Below are positions 23,893 to 36,540 of a stretch of 64,000 nucleotides of DNA, piece after piece. Source of the stretch: Rhizodiscina lignyota (taxonomy: Eukaryota). The translations under genes and the position numbers were made by a program. Below the pieces are notes generated by a model. That model worked only from the letters and a program-made list of their open reading frames with translations, was not told the origin of the DNA and did no database searches. The stretch spans positions 3,162,001 through 3,226,000 of the forward strand of contig ML978121.1 of NCBI GenBank assembly GCA_010015805.1. Direction: 5' to 3'. The stretch's first letter is position 1; every line of letters begins with the position of its first letter.

Positions 23893-24834
23893 ATGCCACG
23901 AAAAGAGCAGACGGAGTGGCATCGGATACTTTCAGAAGGAAGACATCTTTTGCCAAATGACTGGGACTTTGATCACACGGAACAGTATGCATTTTGCGGT
24001 ATGAAAAAAGCTTTCTTGCAACCAAGTACAGGAATTTCAGATCTTACGAGGACACTGACTTTCGGCACAGTGAATATCGACAAGCTATGGCCGCACTACG
24101 CCTTGGATGATTTATACCTCCTGATTCCCAGCGATCGATCTGAGAAGGACGAATCAGAAATGGCGGACTACGAATACACGCCCATTTCACCGGATTTGGG
24201 AGAGTCAGATGAAGGGGAGAATGGAGGATTCGCTCCTGTACCAAGCACGGAAGAACATGCGGAAGGAGACAAGTCGGACCACAGCGAGGACGACAGGGCC
24301 AGCTTGGACACCGAATATGGACGCTCACGGCGTAAAGTTGTTTTGCTTGCACGTCGAGGGACCGAGAGGAACCCGGGGAGGCCACGTCGTCTACTGGAAA
24401 CACGTTGGTGTCCCACCGTGCATAAGGCGTTGATCCAGTTTGTTGATGAAGTCGCACGACGGACGCTGCGGCTGATGGACGATGCAGACTCTGAGAACGA
24501 CGACCACGACAATGGTTATAATAGTGGCCGCCGCAGAGGAGGCAGGAGAGACCAAAGAGTTGATAGTCCTAAACGCAAGCGGAGTGAGGACCATGACAGC
24601 AACGATGGCGGAGACGATGATGACAACAGTGCACATACAAGAAAAAGAGAAAACAGAGCTGCTGTCAGTAGAAATGGGAGAACAGCGAAGCACGCAGTAG
24701 TGAACGAAAAGGGTCAGCGAACGCAGGAGGCACATGGCCAGGCACAAGAGGCACCTGTGATGAAAAGGGACGAAGAATCACCACGGCAGCCGAGCATCCA
24801 TGGAAATGTGATGACAGCCACTCAAAGGTGGTAG
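23893..24834 (+). CDS. Hypothetical protein with acidic/charged low-complexity regions (313 aa)
   Basis: Long ATG-initiated ORF with GCCATG context. No recognised domain. Confidence 0.6.
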   Translation: MPRKEQTEWHRILSEGRHLLPNDWDFDHTEQYAFCGMKKAFLQPSTGISDLTRTLTFGTVNIDKLWPHYALDDLYLLIPSDRSEKDESEMADYEYTPISPDLGESDEGENGGFAPVPSTEEHAEGDKSDHSEDDRASLDTEYGRSRRKVVLLARRGTERNPGRPRRLLETRWCPTVHKALIQFVDEVARRTLRLMDDADSENDDHDNGYNSGRRRGGRRDQRVDSPKRKRSEDHDSNDGGDDDDNSAHTRKRENRAAVSRNGRTAKHAVVNEKGQRTQEAHGQAQEAPVMKRDEESPRQPSIHGNVMTATQRW

Positions 24835-25241
24835 AGTTGGTCTGGTACAGAAGGTGTGAGGCTTCTCTATCATTGTACAAAGCGCATCGTGGGGGTGGCA
24901 ATCAGGGGGTGAACGACAGGATGTGCTTGCAGGTGATTTAGCATGTGCGGAAAGAGATATGGTAGGGATTAATGAAAGTAGATGGAGACTTCTAAATATG
25001 GGACTTGTATTTCTCAGCGTTCATTCGCCTTCCGCAGCAGAGATTGGTGGTGAAGTTGCAGCGTGTCCTTTCGATTATTCAACAGCAACTCTCAACGCTA
25101 GCGCGGGAGCCCCTGCTATTAAAACTAAAGCTGTTCACTTCTGCAACAGCATCTTGCATCTTCAACCACCAACACCACACATTGTCTCATCCTGCTTCTC
25201 ACTTATCGCTGCAATAGGAGAGGCGCTTACATTATTCCACA

Positions 25242-26476
25242 ATGGCTAGATTAAGCTATCTTCTCGTCTCCGCGCTCTCAGTGCTCGGCGCCGCAGCTGC
25301 ATCTGCAGTTAAGGACCTCGACGGCTCGAACTTCGATTCCATAGTCCTCAACTCGGGCAAGCCTGCTCTTGTCGAATTCTTTGCACCATGGTAAGGAATC
25401 TTCATTTCCTTGTACGTTAGCAATGTACTGATAAATACATTTTAGGTGCGGCCATTGCAAGAACCTCGCTCCGGTCTATGACGAGCTCGCCAGCACCTTC
25501 GCCTTTGCTGAGAACAAGGTCACCGTCGCCAAGGTCGATGCGGACAACCACAAGGATCTGGGCAAGAGGTTTGGCGTCCAAGGTTTCCCGACGCTGAAAT
25601 GGTTCGATGGCAAGAGTGACAAGCCAGAGGACTACAGCTCGGGAAGGGATCTCGAGAGTCTCCAATCCTTCATTACGGATAAGACTGGCATCAAGCCCAA
25701 AGGTGCCAAGAAGGCACCAAGCAAGGTTGAGATGCTCAGTGATTCCAAGTTCAAGCAGCAGGTTGGCAGTGACAAAAACGTCCTCGTTGCTTTCACTGCA
25801 CCGTGGTGTGGCCGTACGTCGTGTTCATTTCAGCTTCACGGTGTGGAAAGCTAACTGTATTGCTGCAGACTGCAAGAACCTCGCACCTACCTGGGAAACC
25901 CTCGCCGAAGACTTCGCCTCTGAGCCATCCGTCGTCATCGCTAAGGTTGACGCTGAATCTCCAGACGCTAAGCAGACTGCTCAAGATCAAGGTGTTTCAA
26001 GCTACCCCACAATCAAATACTTCCCGGCTGGCTCCACCGAGGCTGAGAAGTACGAGGGCGGCCGCACGGAGAAGGACTTCATTGCCTTCATCAACGAAAA
26101 GGCTGGCACTCACCGCGCTGTTGGTGGTGGGCTCGACGCTACTGGTGGTACCATCGCTGCTATGGATACTGTGGTTGACAAGATCCTGGCTAGCGGCGAG
26201 GACTTTGCTTCTGGTGTCGAGGATGTCAAGAAGGCTGCAAAGAGCGCGAGCGCCGATGCGAGCAACAAATTTGCGGACTACTATGTCAAGGTCACCGAGA
26301 AGATGGGTACAAACAAGGGGTATGTTGAAAAGGAGCTGAAGAGGCTCCAGGGCCTGTTGGCCAAGGGTGGCCTGGCACCGGAGAAGCAGGACGATCTGAC
26401 GAGCAGGAGCAACATTCTGAGGAAGTTTATTGCCGCTAAGGACGAGGCTGCCGATGCCGTCAAGGAGGAGCTCTAA
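25242..26476 (+). CDS. tigA: Protein disulfide isomerase, TigA/ERp38 type (two thioredoxin domains plus ERp29-like C-terminus)
   Basis: Signal peptide, two WCGHCK motifs each split by an intron, GFPTLKWF/SYPTIKYF, helical YVEKELKRLQGLL..RSNILRKF and C-terminal KEEL. Confidence 0.95.
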
Positions 26477-28378
26477 ACACAACAATGAATTACACGGGGA
26501 TGGGATTTAGGGAATCGTCGGACTCTTTGTTTTTCATTCATGCTGATTTGGATTTCGGCGTTTAGGGAGCAGCCGGAAAAGAGAGATAGGATCGACCAGG
26601 CGATTGACATGTTGCGCAAACCTCAGAACCACCGATTTCTTCGCAAACCAACTACTGTAGACTTTGGATATACTCCAAAGAAATATGCGCCCAGAGGAAG
26701 CCCAAGAAGAATATGAGAAGGTGGTTCGTCGTGCTAGAATGGCGGACTTCTTGGATCCGCTGCGTCATGTTGTACCTAGCTGGCAAGACTTTCTGGGGCT
26801 GTTTTTCACAAGCAGTATTCCTGAACGTCACCGTTGGTTTACTGGATATGGATGGCGTTGTGGCCTTTGAAAGGTTGGCAACGACTGAGCGGGCCAGCAT
26901 GTTGCTTGGAAGACACTACAGGTTCCTGCCACGTTCTGTACTGTAGTCTCATGCATAGCGAAAATACATTTCGCCGTTTTGCTTAACTAGTTTCCAATCT
27001 TCCCCTACAGTCTTAATCTCTGCCCCCAAATTGCGTGATCCAAATTGGCGCGCCGACCCTAGTGGGAAGGCGCCGAGCGTGGGAGGTGCGTAGATGCCAG
27101 ACCGCCCGCAGGTAGAAGATAATTCTCGAAATATGAATTCTAGGTTTATATAATGAACAAGATTTGAGGCACCGATATTGCAGGCTTCCACATAGGGTAT
27201 TCCAACTGGTCAACTGGCAGAGGCACTGGTCACTATGCCAGAGCTCTGAAATGAATTCAACCTAACTTGAAATGGTAAGTCCTGTAAGTCGAGAGATAAG
27301 TATGTCACAAATCTGGATAGCCTTCCTTTTCTGTTTCTTTTGTTCTTCTTTTTGTCTCTTTCTTGTCGACCATGGGCCATTACCTGTCACACAGGCGTCA
27401 CATTTTTGGGCTAAATCAAGCTTTAAATCTCTGTGAGAAATGAATCTCATCGCATATGAAAATCTAGAACATGAATCGGAATCCTTGGAAACTCGCGAGC
27501 CAAGAGGTCACGCAGAGTCGCCGAGAAATATGTATACACAACGCCCCAGCGCCCAGCTTTGCAGATGACAAGCAATCTCAAACAGTTCATTTCCCTTGCT
27601 CCCCACTACTCCGTTCGTTGCCTCCTTGGATTCTGGCTTCCAGGTTGTCAAGTCTGCGAGACATGTCGTCCACTGGAGAGTGTCAGTAATGTGTCAAAGA
27701 GCCGCTCGAAAATGAAAGGAGGAAATTGCTCAAAACCCAGATCAAACGTAAGATGGAATTGTAAGGTTGTCATTGGGACTATTCCGGATGTTACATACTC
27801 TTCGTTAAAAGCTCCGATGATATTGATGAGAACTTGGACGAGAGCTGAGTCAGGAGGTCGTCGACAACTTGGCTGAGCTCTTGAGTTGAACTATCGGACT
27901 GTAGCATGTTAGAACGCATTCGTCCAACTCTACCATGTCTCAGGGTAGAACATAGGCTTGCGGGTAAACATAGAGCAAGTAATCAGCCGTAATATGGAGA
28001 TATACATACCAGCCCCTGGTCGTCTAATCGCGTTGACGCTGCAGAATCGGTGCGGTCGGCCATTGTTTGTGTTTGGAAATGAATTTTGTTGAACGTTCGC
28101 TCAGGATAAGCGCTGACGTGATGGAGAAGTCTGTGGGTACATATCTCCTTCTTGTTCCACTCCTACTTGAAGTGGTTGACGATGTCTTAGTTGGACGCGC
28201 TAGTCGCGCTTACGGTAGGATAAGCGCGGGCGGTGAGCCGAAGCGCCAAGATTCTTGCGATTTTGCCATAACTTTTCTGCGGACACTTCGACCTGCTGCT
28301 TTTCACAACTCTGTCATGATTTGCGCAAATCAACTTTGCAATTGAGACGAATAATTTCGACCCGCGTTGATCGATAAT

Positions 28379-29738
28379 ATGGCAAAGAGCGGTAAATTGC
28401 GACCTGCGCTCGATCGATTGCAAGGACGAAATTTCAAGCTCGAGAAGCAGCGAAAGTTGGAGAAAGCCGCAGGGAAGAGGAAGAAAGGGAAGGCGCAGGA
28501 AGTAACCGAAGATGATGAAGCCGAGGGAGCACTAGAGACAGAGATGCTGGAGAATGTTGAAGATGAAGAGCAAGTAGAAGTGGGTGCGGAATGGGAGACT
28601 GAGGACGAAGGAGACGAGGAAGAAGAGAGACTAGGAGTACGTTTGGTCTCTTAGCGTTAATCTTTGGAATCAATGTGCGAAAGACTGACATCGGGTCTAG
28701 TTTGATTTATCAAGGCTAGAAGACAGTGATTCGGACGCATCAGAAGACGACATCGTAGAAGCGAGACCGAACGGCAAACCCGTCAATGGCGCAGCGCCCG
28801 AAGAGGATGGCGAAGATGATAACGAGGATGCAGATGAAGAAGAAGATATTCCTTTATCCGACCTCTCCTCTGTCGCTTCGGAAGAGAAGGGCGACCTCAT
28901 CCCACATCAACGCCTAACCATCAACAATACTACCGCCCTTCTTTCCGCATTGAAACGCATTGCTCTCCCAACATCTTCCCTTCCCTTCTCAGAACACCAG
29001 TCAATCACAACCACCGAACCTGTGTCAATACCGGATATCGAAGATGACCTCAATCGTGAATTGGCTTTCTACCAACAATCGCTCAATGCGGTTAAGGATG
29101 CGCGAACATTACTGAAGAAGGAAGGTGTGCCGTTCAGTCGGCCGACAGACTATTTTGCAGAGATGGTCAAGAGCGATGAACACATGGGCAGGGTCAAGAA
29201 GAAGTTAGTGGATGCGGCGGCAAGCAAGAAGGCGGCTGCGGAGGCTAGAAAGCAAAGAGATTTGAAGAAATTCGGCAAGGCAGTTCAAGTGGAGAAGCAG
29301 AGGGAAAGGGATAGGGCGAAGCGGGAAACTATGGAGAAGATCAGTTCTCTTAAGCGGAGTACGTGCATCTGGAATCTATGGTTGTGTTGGATCTATGCTA
29401 ACGACTATTCTGCAGAACGCTCAGGCGCAGACCTCACTAACACGAATGAGGAAGACATATTCGATGTCGCGCTCGAAGATGCTGCAACGGCGGAGAAGGC
29501 CGACAAAGCTGCGCGAAGGCAGAAGAGGGATGCCGGTGGCAAGCCGAACCCGAAGAGACAGAAACGCGACGAAAAGTATGGCTTTGGAGGCAAGAAGCGG
29601 CACAAGAAGAGTGGAGATGCAATCAGCAGTGCCGATATGAGAGACTTTTCGACGAAGAAGATGAAGGCGCCATTTGGCGGTGGAGCAAAGGCGGGAGCAA
29701 AGCGGCCAGGAAAAAGTAAGAGGGCGAAGATGAGGTGA
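28379..29738 (+). CDS. EBP2: rRNA-processing protein Ebp2
   Basis: DDLNRELAFYQQSL..PFSRPTDYFAEMVKSDEHM, RKQRDLKKFGKAVQ, KYGFGGKKR, KRPGKSKR. Acidic N-terminus and two introns. Confidence 0.96.
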
Positions 29739-30141
29739 AAATGTGTAGCACCTGTGCCTTCGTCTTTGAAAATTATTCCTTGATAGCGCTCAGTATGAAC
29801 GGATCATGAAAATTTGAGTCCCCCGGCCATCGCCGTCGTGCGCCTGAAAGTCAACATGTGCACTATAGTTCGCTGTATATAATGACGGCGAGGCATATTA
29901 AAGGAGCGGCCACAACACCCTTCAAAGTTCAGCTCCCCAAGGATCCCCTGGGCTGGCTAGTCGCGCTTCGTTGGCGAGCGCCGAGGGAACAACAAACCAG
30001 AGCTTACCGGCCACCAAATACTCATCCCAACGCTGCCCTCGGTCGCTCTCCCAGTGCGCTATCCAGGCTGAACATTGCCGTCGCAAAGAACGTGTCGACA
30101 CTTGACTTCGATTCATACCCACCTGAAGAGGCATTCACACC

Positions 30142-31081
30142 ATGTCGGACGTGAAGTTCCAACAAACCACCACGAGGACCTCTGATATCCGCGGCGGCGA
30201 CTTTCGTGGCCCTGATGCTCAAGATGGCGGCAAGCACCATCATGAGGGTCTTGCCCATGAAGTGGGCGCAGCATTGACGCGTGGAGCTGGCCCGCAAGGC
30301 TATCTTGCTGTATGTATGCCCATCCACGACAATTGAGATGGCGTCGTAACTTGCTAACCTGTGCCGCGTGCTCCCAGGCCTACCTCAAGCAGCTCCAGGA
30401 GAACCCTCTGCGCACCAAAATGCTCACATCCGGCGCTCTGTCGGCACTTCAAGAGTTCCTCGCGTCATGGCTGGCGCATGATAAGAACAGGGATGGACAC
30501 TACTTCACTTCTCGCGTGCCGAAGATGGCCATCTACGGCGCGTTCATCAGCGCGCCTATGGGCCATGTCATGATTGGCATCCTACAGAAGCTGTTTGCTG
30601 GACGTACCAGTTTGAAGGCCAAGATCCTTCAGATTCTCGTCAGCAACCTCATCGTAAGTCGCATCCGTTGGCTTGACTATTTTATGAAATGTATAGTGCA
30701 GTCTAACATATAGAGCAGGTAGCGCCAATCCAGAACACAGTCTACTTGGCATCAATGGCTGTAATCGCCGGAGCCCGAACTTTCCACCAGATTCGCGCAA
30801 CCGTAAAGGCTGGCTTCATGCCCGTCATGAAGGTCAGCTGGATCACCTCTCCCATCTGCCTGGCGTTTGCGCAGAAGTTCCTCCCCCAGGAGACGTGGGT
30901 CCCGTTCTTCAACATTGTTGCATTCTGCATCGGTACCTACATCAACACACATACCAAGAAGAAGAGGCTTGCAGCCCTAAGGAGGAAGCACTACGGAGAC
31001 GGACGATCCACAAGTGAGCGCTTAGATCGCCCCGACCGTCCAGACCGTCCAGACTATCCTGAGAGCCGTCCTGGCTATTAG
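30142..31081 (+). CDS. Mpv17/PMP22 (PXMP2) family membrane protein
   Basis: YLKQLQENPLRTKMLTSG..QEFLA, YGAFISAPMGH, QILVSNLI, SWITSP..FAQKFLP..WVPFFN. Two introns. Confidence 0.92.
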
Positions 31082-32135
31082 TTTAGCCTATGCGGTACGA
31101 GGACGGCTAGATTCGCATATGGATATGGCCTTGGAGGCAGAGCATAATCTGCAGCATCTTAGGAGCAACTGCTGAGGCCTTATGTCACAAGTTATAATGA
31201 GTGCAAATGGGATAGCGTGATTGCTAAGCCTAAGAGCTCACAGAAAACTTTGCAAGAAGCAGTATCGATGAGGTTGCCACTTTTGACTTTTGCGATAGGA
31301 TTTGCCAACCGTCTCTTTTGTCAATAATGCTGTACATACGATATCCTTTAGTCGGCCTGGAATGGGAAGTGGAGTCCAAGCATTGCAGAAAACTTGCGTA
31401 TCTATCGCAAATTCCGGCCTGTCGTTTCACACATAAGGTTCTGGATTGGTCATCTTTGATCTAATGAGTTTGCAGCCCAATTGCCGCATTGCTTTCGTCT
31501 TCTGCCCCCAAGGTCTATACGAGCATCCATGAATATTCTGGGAGATCTGAAACTCTCCCAAAGTATACACCTTATGACGGAACTACTGACGTGACCATAG
31601 CTGCTCTTGTTCCTGGATCCAAACTCCCTCGATCCGACAATTACAGCGACCCAAAGGCGATACAAGATGCAGTTACGCCACACTACTGTCATGACTTGCA
31701 TTAGCCGATAAGGTATCTTCTATCATGCTACCAACAAAGGAAAGCCTGAGGTCGGAGCTGCTCAGAGGACGACAAACAATCTTGTATCACCTTTTGATCT
31801 CAAACGCCACCAAGAGTCGCACAACAACACGAAAACCTGGCTTGGACAGAAACCACAAACACCATCGTGACTTTGGCGCTCATGATCATATGACGACTCC
31901 CCAAAGTCACTGCAGTCCAATTTGCCACGTCGAGGCGGCAACCTGCAGCCCAAAGATTTCTTGTAGAGCTGCATTTACAGAAGTTTATAAACTTGCGCGA
32001 TGGTTTCCCTCTCGCTGTTCCCGACCATTCTCTTCTCATTACTTGCGACTGACAGTCACTCTTAATACCATCTTTTGCATAGTCTTTTTCTTGATGAATA
32101 ATTTGGCCGTTCAACTTCGTAATCTCCCAGGAGCA

Positions 32136-34160
32136 ATGGCTCGCTTTGCAGTGGGAGATCGTCCTGTGCATATGTACTACAACCGATGGGAATCTCCTCC
32201 ACCTTCTCCGCCGCCCTTCCAATATCATATGTCGCCTCACGTTCATCACCATGGATGCATGCACTCTGGCCCTTCAGTCAAAACGCGGCGCGATCTTCTT
32301 GATGGCAGCATTGAAGGCGCGACAGCCTTTCTTGTCGATCAAATTCTCCAACGCAAGAAAGACATCACGACTCTTATTCAAACGCTGCGAAATAGGCCAC
32401 GCATAAACAGTGACTTCCTCTTCGGCAAAGCCTTTCATTATTTCCGGAAACACGTCTTTGAGAGCCCCTGGGATGTTGAGATGCGAGCAAATTGGAAGTA
32501 CAGCGATTCGCAAGATACCGGCGAGACCTTGGAAATTTCGGATGATCGTGGTTTCCTCGGAGCTCTCACTGTGCTGAACGGCACCGTCCTTTGTAATGCG
32601 TCGACCGATGACAGGCTCGCGATATTGCTCCATCACATGATTCACGGGTTCCTGCTGTGCCATACTCATCCCGGAAAAGCCTCTGATGGTGAAGACCGAT
32701 ATGCGCACGGCAACGCTTTTGGCAGCATCTTGTACGCCCTGAAGGATGTTTCTGCTGGAGACAAGAACGACAAGAACCAACCTCTCCCACTCTCATTCGG
32801 TCACGATCTTCAGAACAGAGCTTCACTCAATGTGCCATACTGGGATCGATTTAATGGGACATCTCCATACCCAGGGGTGCCATACGGCCACAACCAGATG
32901 AACTGCACCGGATGTGGGTCTGACGTGCAGCCCATCTCGAAAGACGACTGTCAGAAATGGTACAATGAGAAATGCCAACCGCTTCTCGACGAAGTCTACA
33001 TCTACAAGATGAATCCTGACAGCGAGCTCCAACAGCTCGAGCGCCGCCACCTAGCCCACCACGACAACGACTATTTCGAATTCGTCTGGGATAAGAAACA
33101 TATCTACATTCCCCGGAGCGCAGTCGCCCAGTACAGCTCCACTCTGGGCAGTCAGTTCAATGACAAGCGCGTCGTCAAGCTGCCAGGTTGGGTCAAGAAA
33201 GACGTTTTCAAGGCGCTGTTCAGTTTCCTTACCGATGGCACCTACAGTCCAGAACTGAAGAAGGCGCAGGAGAAAGACAGCAACGCCAGCCAATTCTCCG
33301 CGCCACTGATGCGAGAGTTCAAGAAGGACTTCCCGGCCTACATGGTGATTGACATCAAGATGTACAAGCTCGGTAGAGCGCTCAAATTCGACGAGCTCTG
33401 CCAGTCGGCACTCAAGCGCCTCGAATCGCTGCATTTCACTCACGAGAATGTCGTCAGCGCCTTGGAGGAGATATACTTGCCATCTCCTTCCAAGGAAAAA
33501 GACGATTCAAAGTCAAAGTCCAAGAAGTCCAAGGAAGGCAGCAAGGATGGTTCATCCTCGTCATCCACGCCCGACGAGGAGCTTCGCGCATTCGCCCGCG
33601 CCTTCTTCAAGCGCAACTCTCCACACGCCAGCCTCATGCTCAATGAAGAGCCGCACGAGTCCTCCAACATCCACCGCCTGATGCAGGGCAAGGACTACGA
33701 GTTCAGGCCGCAGTTCCTGCGGCTGCTCGAGAAGCAGATCCCCGCTCTAGAGGAGGACATCCGCCGCGCGAAGACGGAGTTCATCTTGGGCGACAACACT
33801 CCAAGCCTTCCTTCTTCTAGCACTCGTGCCAATACCAGCACAAACAATGGCATTGTCGGCGGCTGGGGCCCCAATGTCAATGCGGAGAAGCAGATACACG
33901 ATCACATGCCCCTCAGCGACTGGCTGACGAAAGATCAGTTGCTGGCACAGGCGATGCACAGCATGAACATCGCGACTTACCCAAGAGGCTTTATGCCAGT
34001 ACAGAGCCCGCCTGCCTCCCCGCCTGCCTTCTCGGCCATGGGAAGGGATATGAATGGGATACCTATGGTTGCCAACACACGGATGATGTGGTCAAACTAC
34101 CAGGGGAAATGGGTGCCAGTGCCAATGCACAACTTGCAAGGAATGGGATTGGATTGGTGA
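32136..34160 (+). CDS. SprT-like (degenerate HEXXH) plus BTB/POZ-like fusion protein
   Basis: ILLHHMIHGFL..HGNAF, CTGC, then BTB-like FKALFSFLTDGTY..IKMYKLGRALKFDELCQSALKRL..LEEIY. The ORF is open from 31725; ATG 32136 looks the likelier start. Confidence 0.72.
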   Translation: MARFAVGDRPVHMYYNRWESPPPSPPPFQYHMSPHVHHHGCMHSGPSVKTRRDLLDGSIEGATAFLVDQILQRKKDITTLIQTLRNRPRINSDFLFGKAFHYFRKHVFESPWDVEMRANWKYSDSQDTGETLEISDDRGFLGALTVLNGTVLCNASTDDRLAILLHHMIHGFLLCHTHPGKASDGEDRYAHGNAFGSILYALKDVSAGDKNDKNQPLPLSFGHDLQNRASLNVPYWDRFNGTSPYPGVPYGHNQMNCTGCGSDVQPISKDDCQKWYNEKCQPLLDEVYIYKMNPDSELQQLERRHLAHHDNDYFEFVWDKKHIYIPRSAVAQYSSTLGSQFNDKRVVKLPGWVKKDVFKALFSFLTDGTYSPELKKAQEKDSNASQFSAPLMREFKKDFPAYMVIDIKMYKLGRALKFDELCQSALKRLESLHFTHENVVSALEEIYLPSPSKEKDDSKSKSKKSKEGSKDGSSSSSTPDEELRAFARAFFKRNSPHASLMLNEEPHESSNIHRLMQGKDYEFRPQFLRLLEKQIPALEEDIRRAKTEFILGDNTPSLPSSSTRANTSTNNGIVGGWGPNVNAEKQIHDHMPLSDWLTKDQLLAQAMHSMNIATYPRGFMPVQSPPASPPAFSAMGRDMNGIPMVANTRMMWSNYQGKWVPVPMHNLQGMGLDW

Positions 34161-34705
34161 ATACATTTTGATTTATGGGCAACTATTAGGGGGTTTGTGA
34201 AGGACGCTAAGTTTCAACATTCTTATGAACGACACGGCAATTTTCAACATGATTTAGTTTTTCGTTCCACATACTGGCGCGGTGATAACGGAATATTCTT
34301 GCGTGGAAAGTAATCTCACATATGGCCACTTCTGTTCTGAGCCGTGAGCTACGCAGGGGTGTAATACATAAGGGACTGTAGTTCCTAGAATCAGGCTCAA
34401 GAGCTTACAGGGATCTATCGCCTCGTGTTCTCACCGGTCCTGCTTCTGGGACCCCTAGATTAGAAGGAGCGTAGTCAATAGCAGGACAAATTCAGCTCAA
34501 TGACGCCTCGCTATTCTCGCATCCATTTTAATCTCTCGATACGCCCTCCCAGTTGACTAAGGAAAATTACGCCCGGCTCAATGTTAGTTCAACATCGCCT
34601 TAACCTCACTCATTCTAGCACAGCTACCGATCGTTCGGCGCAGTCGTGCTCGGTTCCATTTCGAGGACCTCTATGGATTGAAGTATTGAACTTTACTGAG
34701 TGTGA

Positions 34706-35754
34706 TTAAGAACCACCACCCGCTGCATCAGCCGCGTTACAACTAACCACAAATCCGGCGGCTATGATTCCTCCAACTTCCGGGATCGCACCCACCACAG
34801 CTGATATGGCGCCCGCCAAATCACCATCACACGTAAAACTGGACGGAGGCGGGACCGTGGTGCATTGAGTCGTGACAGTGACTTGTATGTTCGCCAATTG
34901 GTCATTGTTCGGGGCAGTGACGTCCACCGCGAGGAAAGAGACTAGCGATGGCAGTACGTTCATGGTCCCTTGCATCAAGCTCTTCATGTAGTCTCTTTCG
35001 TTGCCGTTACCAAATTGCCCCGACAACGCGATCGTGGTCGTGCAGTCTTCCGAGCTACACGCAGCTTTTGCGGCGGGAATATCACCGAGCCCTTCGTTAC
35101 ACGCCGGGTTGGTGGGTCCGAAGGTTTGTTTGAGGACGAGCGTGTTGGTGGGATCGCAGGTAGTGCCGCTACTGCATGCCTGGCCAACCGCATTGTTGAG
35201 CTCGTTCTGCAGAGTGTCCCCGCTGCCAAGTCCGACAACCTGGACTGGGTTGCGGCCGATTGAGACCGTGGCATTTCCTTCGGCAAATGGATTGTCGAGC
35301 AATGCGTGGTTAAAGCATGAGGCGGCCTGGCCGATTATGTTGGTGCAGCCTACCTCAGTGAAGGATGCGAGTAAGCTTGATAGAGGGCATTGAGGGTCAT
35401 TAAAGACCTGTGAAGAAGTTAGAACGTGTATGTATTCAAACAAGAATGGTCATCTGAAGCATTGTATCATTAGGACGACCTTCGGTCTAATCCAAAGAAC
35501 GGAGGATAAGGACATCTTACATTACACTGGAAGCCTGGATCAGCTTTGAGGATGTTGATGGAACTAAAGTCGCCCTGGGCGACGCAATTACTGTTGTCGA
35601 GTGGATTTCCTGGGTTGTCCTGGATGTTACCACCGACAAGAGTCCCTCCGTCTCCACCACAATCCGGGTCGGTAAACAAGTTAAGAGAGATCTCGCCGGA
35701 TACAAGGGCTAATTGCTCAAGGCCAAGGAGAAAAGGAACTGCCCAGCTGTTCAT
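34706..35754 (-). CDS. Secreted cysteine-rich protein (311 aa) with hydrophobic C-terminal segment
   Basis: Signal-like MNSWAVPFLLGLEQLALVSG. Intron 35520-35408 (GTAAGA..CTAAC..CAG) joins ORFs 35470 and 34706 in phase 0. Many Cys residues. Confidence 0.8.
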
Positions 35755-36173
35755 GTTTGCTCTAGATCCCTTGAGTACTTGGAATGTGATCTCTGGATTT
35801 GAGGGCCGATGCTGCCTTCTAGAAGGGACTTCGACGAGTGTCTTATTTATACGATCCACGGGTCGGGAAGCGGAGCCCCTTTTCAATCTCGTAAACTGAG
35901 GAGCAGTCGACTAGCTGGCCGTCTGCCTCGACATCGCTTTCCCCGCCTAGAGCGGCATCGTAACACTACTTACATTAGCTGTAAAGAGCTATCGTTCGTT
36001 TGGAATGCTTATTTCCACGACCATCCTAGTATTCTTGGATGTACTGAGGCAGCATTTAACTAAAATCGTTAATGTTCAAGAGGGCATAACGCTAGCTTCA
36101 ATTATGTGGCTAGATAAGAGTTCTAACCACCTTGACCTTCCGTCGGGCAGCTGGGAGGCGTCCATGCGAGTGA

Positions 36174-36540
36174 GGGCCTGTTTGGTTCCCAGGAAATTGT
36201 CAGATTGGGAGATCAAAAGTTACACGAGGTGCCCGCGAGGTTCTACCGGATCTGTGATCTGATTTCCGTTCACCACCCCCCAACATGATGTAGAGGAAAT
36301 CAAGAAAAATCAGCTTTCTAGCTAATAGGGTATTTTACGGGACTATATCGGTTAAACTTAATCTCTTAATACAGAGCTAAAAGAGGAGCTGAGCGCAGCT
36401 AAGTATCCTATAGCTGAGAGCGATATTTTCGCTTTTAGTATAAAGAACAGGAATCTAACAGAATCTAACAAAATCTGAGCGATTATTAAGTCATCACGAT
36501 CCCAATCTACAGTCTGATTTTCTGGGGACCAAACAGGCCC
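36174..36540. mobile_element. Non-autonomous MITE, PIF/Harbinger (Tourist-like), 367 bp
   Basis: TIRs GGGCCTGTTTGGTTCCCAGGAAAT and reverse complement GGGCCTGTTTGGTCCCCAGAAAAT (22/24). 3-bp TGA duplication at 36171-73 and 36541-43. TA-rich non-coding interior. Confidence 0.85.

Noticed and set aside
27262..27450. HRDLK kinase-like catalytic loop in a 62-aa ORF
   Set aside because: Lacks the following Asn, DFG and any other kinase subdomain; probably chance.
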